This document shows, in pieces, positions 12,483 to 26,561 of a DNA stretch of 64,000 nt. Source of the stretch: Laetmonice hystrix (Eukaryota); assembly GCA_965235115.1 (NCBI GenBank), contig OZ249436.1:21888001-21952000 (forward strand), given 5' to 3'. The translations under genes and the position numbers were made by a program. Under the pieces are notes generated by a model. It was given only the letters and a program-made list of their open reading frames with translations. It was not told the origin of the DNA and ran no database searches. The first letter of the stretch is position 1; every line of letters starts with the position of its first letter.

Positions 12483-14492
12483 CAGTCTCGGTAACGCCAG
12501 ACTCTCAGATAAGAGAGTCTGGGAGAGTTCCGATCTTTCATTGTTACCGCATGGTGGCGCGTCGAACGTTTAGGAACATAAGCGGCTCGAGGAGGCCAGA
12601 GAAAAACAACCGACCTTTTCGCTTCACGAAAATTCGCTTGATAAAATTGCTCGACAAGACTACGTTTTACTAAGAAAAAGTCGTCATCATGTGTAAAATA
12701 TGACTCTAGGCCCCCTATTTTGGCTATAGGCCTATAGGCCGACTGATTGCATTGTGCGGTGTAGAGCGAACACCTAGGCTGTGTGCATGTCAATTGTCCG
12801 TTGAAATTTGAAAAATCCTTAATACTATCTTACTCAGTTCCTAAAGTTCTATGGTTCATACAATAAAGTTAATTGCTTATCAAACGACATATAGGCCCAC
12901 TAGCCTATATGTAGGTGACCGATTAAACAGACGCTGTCTCAGGTTTGGAAATATGTGATCTATGATATAGGCCCCTATGCCGTGCTGGGCAGTGGGCGGG
13001 CGCTTACTGGCTCACCCGCCGGGAGCGACCGGTGGGGGCCAGGGGCAGGGGAGCGAGGCGGCAGGCAGGCAAGACGCCAGAGTCCATGCAAGCAGGGATG
13101 ATGCCGTCCTTGCAAAACGTCTCTAGACTAGAATATAAAACACACATTCCGCCCAATAGCGCTCCAATATTAGTTACGGGTTTTCCTATTAAACCGAGGC
13201 TGTCTCAGGCTTGAAAATATGGCAGACTCTGACTGCGTAAGGTCAGACTTGCAGGCTCAGCCCGGCGGGAGTGACCGAGCCCGAGGTGGCGGCCGGCGCT
13301 GCAGGCGGGGTAGGCCTACCGAAGTCTGTGCATGCATGCACTCGGAACACCGACGCTGCTTCTGATTGGCTGTTTCTAGGTCATATCCGGAGGCGAAGCA
13401 GGCCTCGGATGTATGAAGCGGCCATTTTCCCGTTTTTCGTGCAAAGTAGTGTAAAGCGGTCGCACATGAACACAAGAGTAAATAGTCGACCCCTACGCAC
13501 AGGCACATAGGCCTTGTTCAAATATAATTTCTCAGCATACCTATACCTCGAATTTTCTATCGTGGAGACAAAACAGTCTCTTCTTCACCTGGGAGGAAAC
13601 CCAGATATTCTGACTTTGTATAAAGTCCGACACTAGGGAGTTCTACATTTTCGGCACGGCGGCAGCGCGCGAGTTTGTTGTTTACATCCGGGTCAGTGGT
13701 CCCGACCTAGCCACCCACCCACCCCACCCCCCAGCATGGCGACCTTCGTCGTACAGCCGAGATATGACGGAGTCAATCGTGGGTGAGCCGAGTGTGCATG
13801 CATGATGCCGCCGTTGGAGGCTTGTATAAAACGTCGCGAGAACGCTAAAACCAGCCGTTGATCAGCATGAGCAGACTTCCGCTAAATTTGACCAATCGGC
13901 TGCAAGACGACCGGATGCAGAATTCCTGTAGCCTACTTTTTGAAAGCCGCTTATGTCTCGGAACAACGTCACAAACAGTAGATACAAAAGGTTATGATCC
14001 ACTATTTATTTTCTTCTATAATTTAATGTAATGTTTTGGCCATTTTCAATGTTTAAAATAATTTCTGCGAATGTCTGCTTGGCATGGCAGGTTAGATATG
14101 CATGTTTCCGACAATAAAAACTCAATTTACGTATAGGTTGAATGATTAGATTTTATTTTATCGGAGCTTCTGTTACATGACCCCAGGTGGCACCACCAAA
14201 TCGACCAGAATACAGGCCTGTGATACATAACATATTGGCTAAGATTTTCCAAGGAAAGTTAAGCAGATATTCTCTAATAATACACTGATATTATTGATCA
14301 TAATAGTGAACTTTTTCTCTGTGGTATTTGATAAGCACATTCAGGGGGGTTATATCCATTCTTGGCCCTAGATACATTCACTCCATACCTTTTTGAGGGA
14401 CAACCAGCAGCCCATTGGCTAAATAGGGGGTCATGACCAAAAGCTTCCAGACCCTCTGCTAGGGCCGCTGAGGGTCTGGATAATCGAGACTG
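12483..14492. mobile_element. Copy of 2-kb DNA-transposon-like insert
   Basis: Same TIRs and TSD. Confidence 0.8.
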
Positions 14493-14836
14493 GCCGGGGA
14501 GCGGTTTGACGCGTTGTCGCCAGACGGCCTTCAGTGCACAAGGCTATAGGTGGCGCTGTGGTCACCGTAAGTAAACCAAGGTATATGCTGATAACAGAAG
14601 TACATAAACATATTAGCCTATGTTGTTTTATCATAACAAAGAAAAAGAAAAGTTCCTTCTTTTAAATCAGCATTTATTGTGAAAAATAGCAAGCTTGGAT
14701 ACCTTATCTCAGACCTAAGGCATTTTCCAGTAAGGACCCCCCCCCCCAAATGAAACATTCGTAGATGAAAAGACACCATTCTGGATGAGTTAGGTACTTG
14801 AACCACTCGACACTTCCCCTGTTCAGTAAATCAGAG

Positions 14837-14957
14837 AACTCACGTTTCTCCTCATTCCACGTATAAATCTTTCGCCTTTTACTAAAGATTTCCGTGGGGA
14901 GGAACATTACAATGAGTCTATAGACGAATTTTTGCATCCCTGCTCTAAGAGCGGGGT
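14837..14957 (+). ncRNA. U5: U5 snRNA (variant A)
   Basis: Identical to 758-878. Confidence 0.97.
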
Positions 14958-15882
14958 AAATGAATAATGAAGAATAGTCTCCTAACGCAAACTGATTCAG
15001 ACGAAGAATGTTGTTTATGAATAGGCCTAATTGGGATGGAAAATAAAAATTGTAACTAGTAAATGAAGAAAAAAAGATTACCGCAAGGAGATACATTCCA
15101 GTGCCTTTCAGAATTATTTGAGGAACATCTCCTCAAAGGGCTGGGTATTTAAAGCGAGGGAACTGAATGTTCTGCCTGAAGGCAGCATATAGGTACACGC
15201 TACAGTTAATGTTTTCTTTTTATCATAAATATCTATTCTGCCTGAAAAAAACCCATCAAACACGCAATGTGCCCCCGGACGGGCGCGGTGACGACAGAGG
15301 TAGACCTACCTTCCCGTTGTCCTAAAGATTACCTACACACAGAAGCCTTAGAGCGTCTGTACTCTTTTCATGGTCTCGATGTATGGATCAATTTGACAAA
15401 ACCAATGCGTCTAAGACAAATAAATTTTGCAGTCGTTCTTCAAGGCAGACTGCCCTTCAAGATGCTCTATTCTTAGCATATTTTGTCATTTGATCTGGGC
15501 CATGGCGTAAATTGGGCACTTTTGCTGTGCAATAAGTCGGCCGGGGAGCGGTTTGACACGTTGTCGCCAGACGGCCTTCAGTGCACAAGGCTAGGTGGCG
15601 CTGTGGTCACCGTAAGTAAACCAAGGTATTGCTGATAACAGAAGTTCATAAACATATTATGTTGTTTTATCATAACGAAGAAAAAGAAAAGTTCCTTCTT
15701 CTAAATCAGCATTAATTTTATTGTGAAAATAGCAAGCTTGGATACCTTATCTCAGAACTAAGGGCATTATCCTTTCAGTATTCCCAAATGAAAAAATGAA
15801 ACCTTCGTAGATGAAAATACACCATTCTTGATGAGTTAGGTACTTGAACCACTCGACACTTCCCCTCTTCAGTAAATCAGAG

Positions 15883-16003
15883 AACTCACGTTTCTCCTCA
15901 TTCCACGTATAAATCTTTCGCCTTTTACTAAAGATTTCCGTGGGGAGGAACATTACAATGAGTCTATAGACGAATTTTTGCATCCCTGCTCTCAGAGCGG
16001 GGT
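15883..16003 (+). ncRNA. U5: U5 snRNA (variant B)
   Basis: Identical to 1804-1924. Confidence 0.97.
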
Positions 16004-16524
16004 AATTAAAAAAGGAAGAATAGTCTCCTAACGCAAACTGATTCAGACGACGAATGTTGTTTGTAAATAGGCCTAAATAAGATGGAAAAACAAAAATTGT
16101 AAAATAGTAAATGAAGAAATTAAGGTTACCGCAAGGAAATATATATTCCAGTGGTTTCAGAATTATTTTAGGAACATCTCCTCAAAGAGTGGGGAATTTA
16201 ATGCAAAGGAACTGCATGTTCTGCCTGAAGGCGGCATTATGTACACGTTACAGGTATAAAATGTTTTCTTTTTATTATAAATGGTTATTCTGCCTGGAAA
16301 GAAACAAATAACACAAACACGTAATGGGCCCCCGGACGGGCGCGTTGGCAACAGAGGTAGACCTACCTGCCTGTTGTCCAAAAGATTACCTATAAATAAA
16401 TTTTGCAGTTCTTGTTAAAAGGAGACTGCGCTTCAAGATACTCTATTCTTAGCATATTTTGTCATTTGATCTGGGCCATGGCACAAATTGGGCGCTTTTG
16501 CTGTGCAATAAGTCGGCCGGGGAG

Positions 16525-18534
16525 CAGTCTCGGTAACGCCAGACTCTCAGATAAGAGAGTCTGGGAGAGTTCCGATCTTTCATTGTTACCGCATGGTGGC
16601 GCGTCGAACGTTTAGGAACATAAGCGGCTCGAGGAGGCCAGAGAAAAACAACCGACCTTTTCGCTTCACGAAAATTCGCTTGATAAAATTGCTCGACAAG
16701 ACTACGTTTTACTAAGAAAAAGTCGTCATCATGTGTAAAATATGACTCTAGGCCCCCTATTTTGGCTATAGGCCTATAGGCCGACTGATTGCATTGTGCG
16801 GTGTAGAGCGAACACCTAGGCTGTGTGCATGTCAATTGTCCGTTGAAATTTGAAAAATCCTTAATACTATCTTACTCAGTTCCTAAAGTTCTATGGTTCA
16901 TACAATAAAGTTAATTGCTTATCAAACGACATATAGGCCCACTAGCCTATATGTAGGTGACCGATTAAACAGACGCTGTCTCAGGTTTGGAAATATGTGA
17001 TCTATGATATAGGCCCCTATGCCGTGCTGGGCAGTGGGCGGGCGCTTACTGGCTCACCCGCCGGGAGCGACCGGTGGGGGCCAGGGGCAGGGGAGCGAGG
17101 CGGCAGGCAGGCAAGACGCCAGAGTCCATGCAAGCAGGGATGATGCCGTCCTTGCAAAACGTCTCTAGACTAGAATATAAAACACACATTCCGCCCAATA
17201 GCGCTCCAATATTAGTTACGGGTTTTCCTATTAAACCGAGGCTGTCTCAGGCTTGAAAATATGGCAGACTCTGACTGCGTAAGGTCAGACTTGCAGGCTC
17301 AGCCCGGCGGGAGTGACCGAGCCCGAGGTGGCGGCCGGCGCTGCAGGCGGGGTAGGCCTACCGAAGTCTGTGCATGCATGCACTCGGAACACCGACGCTG
17401 CTTCTGATTGGCTGTTTCTAGGTCATATCCGGAGGCGAAGCAGGCCTCGGATGTATGAAGCGGCCATTTTCCCGTTTTTCGTGCAAAGTAGTGTAAAGCG
17501 GTCGCACATGAACACAAGAGTAAATAGTCGACCCCTACGCACAGGCACATAGGCCTTGTTCAAATATAATTTCTCAGCATACCTATACCTCGAATTTTCT
17601 ATCGTGGAGACAAAACAGTCTCTTCTTCACCTGGGAGGAAACCCAGATATTCTGACTTTGTATAAAGTCCGACACTAGGGAGTTCTACATTTTCGGCACG
17701 GCGGCAGCGCGCGAGTTTGTTGTTTACATCCGGGTCAGTGGTCCCGACCTAGCCACCCACCCACCCCACCCCCCAGCATGGCGACCTTCGTCGTACAGCC
17801 GAGATATGACGGAGTCAATCGTGGGTGAGCCGAGTGTGCATGCATGATGCCGCCGTTGGAGGCTTGTATAAAACGTCGCGAGAACGCTAAAACCAGCCGT
17901 TGATCAGCATGAGCAGACTTCCGCTAAATTTGACCAATCGGCTGCAAGACGACCGGATGCAGAATTCCTGTAGCCTACTTTTTGAAAGCCGCTTATGTCT
18001 CGGAACAACGTCACAAACAGTAGATACAAAAGGTTATGATCCACTATTTATTTTCTTCTATAATTTAATGTAATGTTTTGGCCATTTTCAATGTTTAAAA
18101 TAATTTCTGCGAATGTCTGCTTGGCATGGCAGGTTAGATATGCATGTTTCCGACAATAAAAACTCAATTTACGTATAGGTTGAATGATTAGATTTTATTT
18201 TATCGGAGCTTCTGTTACATGACCCCAGGTGGCACCACCAAATCGACCAGAATACAGGCCTGTGATACATAACATATTGGCTAAGATTTTCCAAGGAAAG
18301 TTAAGCAGATATTCTCTAATAATACACTGATATTATTGATCATAATAGTGAACTTTTTCTCTGTGGTATTTGATGAGCACATTCAGGGGGGTTATATCCA
18401 TTCTTGGCCCTAGATACATTCACTCCATACCTTTTTGAGGGACAACCAGCAGCCCATTGGCTAAATAGGGGGTCATGACCAAAAGCTTCCAGACCCTCTG
18501 CTAGGGCCGCTGAGGGTCTGGATAATCGAGACTG
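16525..18534. mobile_element. Copy of 2-kb DNA-transposon-like insert
   Basis: Same TIRs and TSD. Confidence 0.8.
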
Positions 18535-18877
18535 GCCGGGGAGCGGTTTGACACGTTGTCGCCAGACGGCCTTCAGTGCACAAGGCTAGGTGGCGCTGTG
18601 GTCACCGTAAGTAAACCAAGGTATTGCTGATAACAGAAGTTCATAAACATATTATGTTGTTTTATCATAACGAAGAAAAAGAAAAGTTCCTTCTTCTAAA
18701 TCAGCATTAATTTTATTGTGAAAATAGCAAGCTTGGATACCTTATCTCAGAACTAAGGGCATTATCCTTTCAGTATTCCCAAATGAAAAAATGAAACCTT
18801 CGTAGATGAAAATACACCATTCTTGATGAGTTAGGTACTTGAACCACTCGACACTTCCCCTCTTCAGTAAATCAGAG

Positions 18878-18998
18878 AACTCACGTTTCTCCTCATTCCA
18901 CGTATAAATCTTTCGCCTTTTACTAAAGATTTCCGTGGGGAGGAACATTACAATGAGTCTATAGACGAATTTTTGCATCCCTGCTCTCAGAGCGGGGT
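18878..18998 (+). ncRNA. U5: U5 snRNA (variant B)
   Basis: Identical to 1804-1924. Confidence 0.97.
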
Positions 18999-19519
18999 AA
19001 TTAAAAAAGGAAGAATAGTCTCCTAACGCAAACTGATTCAGACGACGAATGTTGTTTGTAAATAGGCCTAAATAAGATGGAAAAACAAAAATTGTAAAAT
19101 AGTAAATGAAGAAATTAAGGTTACCGCAAGGAAATATATATTCCAGTGGTTTCAGAATTATTTTAGGAACATCTCCTCAAAGAGTGGGGAATTTAATGCA
19201 AAGGAACTGCATGTTCTGCCTGAAGGCGGCATTATGTACACGTTACAGGTATAAAATGTTTTCTTTTTATTATAAATGGTTATTCTGCCTGGAAAGAAAC
19301 AAATAACACAAACACGTAATGGGCCCCCGGACGGGCGCGTTGGCAACAGAGGTAGACCTACCTGCCTGTTGTCCAAAAGATTACCTATAAATAAATTTTG
19401 CAGTTCTTGTTAAAAGGAGACTGCGCTTCAAGATACTCTATTCTTAGCATATTTTGTCATTTGATCTGGGCCATGGCACAAATTGGGCGCTTTTGCTGTG
19501 CAATAAGTCGGCCGGGGAG

Positions 19520-21529
19520 CAGTCTCGGTAACGCCAGACTCTCAGATAAGAGAGTCTGGGAGAGTTCCGATCTTTCATTGTTACCGCATGGTGGCGCGTC
19601 GAACGTTTAGGAACATAAGCGGCTCGAGGAGGCCAGAGAAAAACAACCGACCTTTTCGCTTCACGAAAATTCGCTTGATAAAATTGCTCGACAAGACTAC
19701 GTTTTACTAAGAAAAAGTCGTCATCATGTGTAAAATATGACTCTAGGCCCCCTATTTTGGCTATAGGCCTATAGGCCGACTGATTGCATTGTGCGGTGTA
19801 GAGCGAACACCTAGGCTGTGTGCATGTCAATTGTCCGTTGAAATTTGAAAAATCCTTAATACTATCTTACTCAGTTCCTAAAGTTCTATGGTTCATACAA
19901 TAAAGTTAATTGCTTATCAAACGACATATAGGCCCACTAGCCTATATGTAGGTGACCGATTAAACAGACGCTGTCTCAGGTTTGGAAATATGTGATCTAT
20001 GATATAGGCCCCTATGCCGTGCTGGGCAGTGGGCGGGCGCTTACTGGCTCACCCGCCGGGAGCGACCGGTGGGGGCCAGGGGCAGGGGAGCGAGGCGGCA
20101 GGCAGGCAAGACGCCAGAGTCCATGCAAGCAGGGATGATGCCGTCCTTGCAAAACGCCTCTAGACTAGAATATAAAACACACATTCCGCCCAATAGCGCT
20201 CCAATATTAGTTACGGGTTTTCCTATTAAACCGAGGCTGTCTCAGGCTTGAAAATATGGCAGACTCTGACTGCGTAAGGTCAGACTTGCAGGCTCAGCCC
20301 GGCGGGAGTGACCGAGCCCGAGGTGGCGGCCGGCGCTGCAGGCGGGGTAGGCCTACCGAAGTCTGTGCATGCATGCACTCGGAACACCGACGCTGCTTCT
20401 GATTGGCTGTTTCTAGGTCATATCCGGAGGCGAAGCAGGCCTCGGATGTATGAAGCGGCCATTTTCCCGTTTTTCGTGCAAAGTAGTGTAAAGCGGTCGC
20501 ACATGAACACAAGAGTAAATAGTCGACCCCTACGCACAGGCACATAGGCCTTGTTCAAATATAATTTCTCAGCATACCTATACCTCGAATTTTCTATCGT
20601 GGAGACAAAACAGTCTCTTCTTCACCTGGGAGGAAACCCAGATATTCTGACTTTGTATAAAGTCCGACACTAGGGAGTTCTACATTTTCGGCACGGCGGC
20701 TGCGCGCGAGTTTGTTGTTTACATCCGGGTCAGTGGTCCCGACCTAGCCACCCACCCACCCCACCCCCCAGCATGGCGACCTTCGTCGTACAGCCGAGAT
20801 ATGACGGAGTCAATCGTGGGTGAGCCGAGTGTGCATGCATGATGCCGCCGTTGGAGGCTTGTATAAAACGTCGCGAGAACGCTAAAACCAGCCGTTGATC
20901 AGCATGAGCAGACTTCCGCTAAATTTGACCAATCGGCTGCAAGACGACCGGATGCAGAATTCCTGTAGCCTACTTTTTGAAAGCCGCTTATGTCTCGGAA
21001 CAACGTCACAAACAGTAGATACAAAAGGTTATGATCCACTATTTATTTTCTTCTATAATTTAATGTAATGTTTTGGCCATTTTCAATGTTTAAAATAATT
21101 TCTGCGAATGTCTGCTTGGCATGGCAGGTTAGATATGCATGTTTCCGACAATAAAAACTCAATTTACGTATAGGTTGAATGATTAGATTTTATTTTATCG
21201 GAGCTTCTGTTACATGACCCCAGGTGGCACCACCAAATCGACCAGAATACAGGCCTGTGATACATAACATATTGGCTAAGATTTTCCAAGGAAAGTTAAG
21301 CAGATATTCTCTAATAATACACTGATATTATTGATCATAATAGTGAACTTTTTCTCTGTGGTATTTGATGAGCACATTCAGGGGGGTTATATCCATTCTT
21401 GGCCCTAGATACATTCACTCCATACCTTTTTGAGGGACAACCAGCAGCCCATTGGCTAAATAGGGGGTCATGACCAAAAGCTTCCAGACCCTCTGCTAGG
21501 GCCGCTGAGGGTCTGGATAATCGAGACTG
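19520..21529. mobile_element. Copy of 2-kb DNA-transposon-like insert
   Basis: Same TIRs and TSD. Confidence 0.8.
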
Positions 21530-21875
21530 GCCGGGGAGCGGTTTGACGCGTTGTCGCCAGACGGCCTTCAGTGCACAAGGCTATAGGTGGCGCTGTGGTC
21601 ACCGTAAGTAAACCAAGGTATATGCTGATAACAGAAGTACATAAACATATTAGCCTATGTTGTTTTATCATAACAAAGAAAAAGAAAAGTTCCTTCTTTT
21701 AAATCAGCATTTATTGTGAAAAATAGCAAGCTTGGATACCTTATCTCAGACCTAAGGCATTTTCCAGTAAGGACCCCCCCCCCCCCAAATGAAACATTCG
21801 TAGATGAAAAGACACCATTCTGGATGAGTTAGGTACTTGAACCACTCGACACTTCCCCTGTTCAGTAAATCAGAG

Positions 21876-21996
21876 AACTCACGTTTCTCCTCATTCCACG
21901 TATAAATCTTTCGCCTTTTACTAAAGATTTCCGTGGGGAGGAACATTACAATGAGTCTATAGACGAATTTTTGCATCCCTGCTCTCAGAGCGGGGT
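21876..21996 (+). ncRNA. U5: U5 snRNA (recombinant: A upstream flank, B 3' end)
   Basis: Same as 7797-7917. Confidence 0.97.
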
Positions 21997-22517
21997 AATT
22001 AAAAAAGGAAGAATAGTCTCCTAACGCAAACTGATTCAGACGACGAATGTTGTTTGTAAATAGGCCTAAATAAGATGGAAAAACAAAAATTGTAAAATAG
22101 TAAATGAAGAAATTAAGGTTACCGCAAGGAAATATATATTCCAGTGGTTTCAGAATTATTTTAGGAACATCTCCTCAAAGAGTGGGGAATTTAATGCAAA
22201 GGAACTGCATGTTCTGCCTGAAGGCGGCATTATGTACACGTTACAGGTATAAAATGTTTTCTTTTTATTATAAATGGTTATTCTGCCTGGAAAGAAACAA
22301 ATAACACAAACACGTAATGGGCCCCCGGACGGGCGCGTTGGCAACAGAGGTAGACCTACCTGCCTGTTGTCCAAAAGATTACCTATAAATAAATTTTGCA
22401 GTTCTTGTTAAAAGGAGACTGCGCTTCAAGATACTCTATTCTTAGCATATTTTGTCATTTGATCTGGGCCATGGCACAAATTGGGCGCTTTTGCTGTGCA
22501 ATAAGTCGGCCGGGGAG

Positions 22518-24527
22518 CAGTCTCGGTAACGCCAGACTCTCAGATAAGAGAGTCTGGGAGAGTTCCGATCTTTCATTGTTACCGCATGGTGGCGCGTCGA
22601 ACGTTTAGGAACATAAGCGGCTCGAGGAGGCCAGAGAAAAACAACCGACCTTTTCGCTTCACGAAAATTCGCTTGATAAAATTGCTCGACAAGACTACGT
22701 TTTACTAAGAAAAAGTCGTCATCATGTGTAAAATATGACTCTAGGCCCCCTATTTTGGCTATAGGCCTATAGGCCGACTGATTGCATTGTGCGGTGTAGA
22801 GCGAACACCTAGGCTGTGTGCATGTCAATTGTCCGTTGAAATTTGAAAAATCCTTAATACTATCTTACTCAGTTCCTAAAGTTCTATGGTTCATACAATA
22901 AAGTTAATTGCTTATCAAACGACATATAGGCCCACTAGCCTATATGTAGGTGACCGATTAAACAGACGCTGTCTCAGGTTTGGAAATATGTGATCTATGA
23001 TATAGGCCCCTATGCCGTGCTGGGCAGTGGGCGGGCGCTTACTGGCTCACCCGCCGGGAGCGACCGGTGGGGGCCAGGGGCAGGGGAGCGAGGCGGCAGG
23101 CAGGCAAGACGCCAGAGTCCATGCAAGCAGGGATGATGCCGTCCTTGCAAAACGTCTCTAGACTAGAATATAAAACACACATTCCGCCCAATAGCGCTCC
23201 AATATTAGTTACGGGTTTTCCTATTAAACCGAGGCTGTCTCAGGCTTGAAAATATGGCAGACTCTGACTGCGTAAGGTCAGACTTGCAGGCTCAGCCCGG
23301 CGGGAGTGACCGAGCCCGAGGTGGCGGCCGGCGCTGCAGGCGGGGTAGGCCTACCGAAGTCTGTGCATGCATGCACTCGGAACACCGACGCTGCTTCTGA
23401 TTGGCTGTTTCTAGGTCATATCCGGAGGCGAAGCAGGCCTCGGATGTATGAAGCGGCCATTTTCCCGTTTTTCGTGCAAAGTAGTGTAAAGCGGTCGCAC
23501 ATGAACACAAGAGTAAATAGTCGACCCCTACGCACAGGCACATAGGCCTTGTTCAAATATAATTTCTCAGCATACCTATACCTCGAATTTTCTATCGTGG
23601 AGACAAAACAGTCTCTTCTTCACCTGGGAGGAAACCCAGATATTCTGACTTTGTATAAAGTCCGACACTAGGGAGTTCTACATTTTCGGCACGGCGGCAG
23701 CGCGCGAGTTTGTTGTTTACATCCGGGTCAGTGGTCCCGACCTAGCCACCCACCCACCCCACCCCCCAGCATGGCGACCTTCGTCGTACAGCCGAGATAT
23801 GACGGAGTCAATCGTGGGTGAGCCGAGTGTGCATGCATGATGCCGCCGTTGGAGGCTTGTATAAAACGTCGCGAGAACGCTAAAACCAGCCGTTGATCAG
23901 CATGAGCAGACTTCCGCTAAATTTGACCAATCGGCTGCAAGACGACCGGATGCAGAATTCCTGTAGCCTACTTTTTGAAAGCCGCTTATGTCTCGGAACA
24001 ACGTCACAAACAGTAGATACAAAAGGTTATGATCCACTATTTATTTTCTTCTATAATTTAATGTAATGTTTTGGCCATTTTCAATGTTTAAAATAATTTC
24101 TGCGAATGTCTGCTTGGCATGGCAGGTTAGATATGCATGTTTCCGACAATAAAAACTCAATTTACGTATAGGTTGAATGATTAGATTTTATTTTATCGGA
24201 GCTTCTGTTACATGACCCCAGGTGGCACCACCAAATCGACCAGAATACAGGCCTGTGATACATAACATATTGGCTAAGATTTTCCAAGGAAAGTTAAGCA
24301 GATATTCTCTAATAATACACTGATATTATTGATCATAATAGTGAACTTTTTCTCTGTGGTATTTGATGAGCACATTCAGGGGGGTTATATCCATTCTTGG
24401 CCCTAGATACATTCACTCCATACCTTTTTGAGGGACAACCAGCAGCCCATTGGCTAAATAGGGGGTCATGACCAAAAGCTTCCAGACCCTCTGCTAGGGC
24501 CGCTGAGGGTCTGGATAATCGAGACTG
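22518..24527. mobile_element. Copy of 2-kb DNA-transposon-like insert
   Basis: Same TIRs and TSD. Confidence 0.8.
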
Positions 24528-24873
24528 GCCGGGGAGCGGTTTGACGCGTTGTCGCCAGACGGCCTTCAGTGCACAAGGCTATAGGTGGCGCTGTGGTCAC
24601 CGTAAGTAAACCAAGGTATATGCTGATAACAGAAGTACATAAACATATTAGCCTATGTTGTTTTATCATAACAAAGAAAAAGAAAAGTTCCTTCTTTTAA
24701 ATCAGCATTTATTGTGAAAAATAGCAAGCTTGGATACCTTATCTCAGACCTAAGGCATTTTCCAGTAAGGACCCCCCCCCCCCCAAATGAAACATTCGTA
24801 GATGAAAAGACACCATTCTGGATGAGTTAGGTACTTGAACCACTCGACACTTCCCCTGTTCAGTAAATCAGAG

Positions 24874-24994
24874 AACTCACGTTTCTCCTCATTCCACGTA
24901 TAAATCTTTCGCCTTTTACTAAAGATTTCCGTGGGGAGGAACATTACAATGAGTCTATAGACGAATTTTTGCATCCCTGCTCTAAGAGCGGGGT
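24874..24994 (+). ncRNA. U5: U5 snRNA (variant A)
   Basis: Identical to 758-878. Confidence 0.97.
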
Positions 24995-25919
24995 AAATGA
25001 ATAATGAAGAATAGTCTCCTAACGCAAACTGATTCAGACGAAGAATGTTGTTTATGAATAGGCCTAATTGGGATGGAAAATAAAAATTGTAACTAGTAAA
25101 TGAAGAAAAAAAGATTACCGCAAGGAGATACATTCCAGTGCCTTTCAGAATTATTTGAGGAACATCTCCTCAAAGGGCTGGGTATTTAAAGCGAGGGAAC
25201 TGAATGTTCTGCCTGAAGGCAGCATATAGGTACACGCTACAGTTAATGTTTTCTTTTTATCATAAATATCTATTCTGCCTGAAAAAAACCCATCAAACAC
25301 GCAATGTGCCCCCGGACGGGCGCGGTGACGACAGAGGTAGACCTACCTTCCCGTTGTCCTAAAGATTACCTACACACAGAAGCCTTAGAGCGTCTGTACT
25401 CTTTTCATGGTCTCGATGTATGGATCAATTTGACAAAACCAATGCGTCTAAGACAAATAAATTTTGCAGTCGTTCTTCAAGGCAGACTGCCCTTCAAGAT
25501 GCTCTATTCTTAGCATATTTTGTCATTTGATCTGGGCCATGGCGTAAATTGGGCACTTTTGCTGTGCAATAAGTCGGCCGGGGAGCGGTTTGACACGTTG
25601 TCGCCAGACGGCCTTCAGTGCACAAGGCTAGGTGGCGCTGTGGTCACCGTAAGTAAACCAAGGTATTGCTGATAACAGAAGTTCATAAACATATTATGTT
25701 GTTTTATCATAACAAAGAAAAAGAAAAGTTCCTTCTTCTAAATCAGCATTAATTTTATTGTGAAAATAGCAAGCTTGGATACCTTATCTCAGAACTAAGG
25801 GCATTATCCTTTCAGTATTCCCAAATGAAAAAATGAAACCTTCGTAGATGAAAATACACCATTCTTGATGAGTTAGGTACTTGAACCACTCGACACTTCC
25901 CCTCTTCAGTAAATCAGAG

Positions 25920-26040
25920 AACTCACGTTTCTCCTCATTCCACGTATAAATCTTTCGCCTTTTACTAAAGATTTCCGTGGGGAGGAACATTACAATGAGT
26001 CTATAGACGAATTTTTGCATCCCTGCTCTCAGAGCGGGGT
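25920..26040 (+). ncRNA. U5: U5 snRNA (variant B)
   Basis: Identical to 1804-1924. Confidence 0.97.
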
Positions 26041-26561
26041 AATTAAAAAAGGAAGAATAGTCTCCTAACGCAAACTGATTCAGACGACGAATGTTGTTTG
26101 TAAATAGGCCTAAATAAGATGGAAAAACAAAAATTGTAAAATAGTAAATGAAGAAATTAAGGTTACCGCAAGGAAATATATATTCCAGTGGTTTCAGAAT
26201 TATTTTAGGAACATCTCCTCAAAGAGTGGGGAATTTAATGCAAAGGAACTGCATGTTCTGCCTGAAGGCGGCATTATGTACACGTTACAGGTATAAAATG
26301 TTTTCTTTTTATTATAAATGGTTATTCTGCCTGGAAAGAAACAAATAACACAAACACGTAATGGGCCCCCGGACGGGCGCGTTGGCAACAGAGGTAGACC
26401 TACCTGCCTGTTGTCCAAAAGATTACCTATAAATAAATTTTGCAGTTCTTGTTAAAAGGAGACTGCGCTTCAAGATACTCTATTCTTAGCATATTTTGTC
26501 ATTTGATCTGGGCCATGGCACAAATTGGGCGCTTTTGCTGTGCAATAAGTCGGCCGGGGAG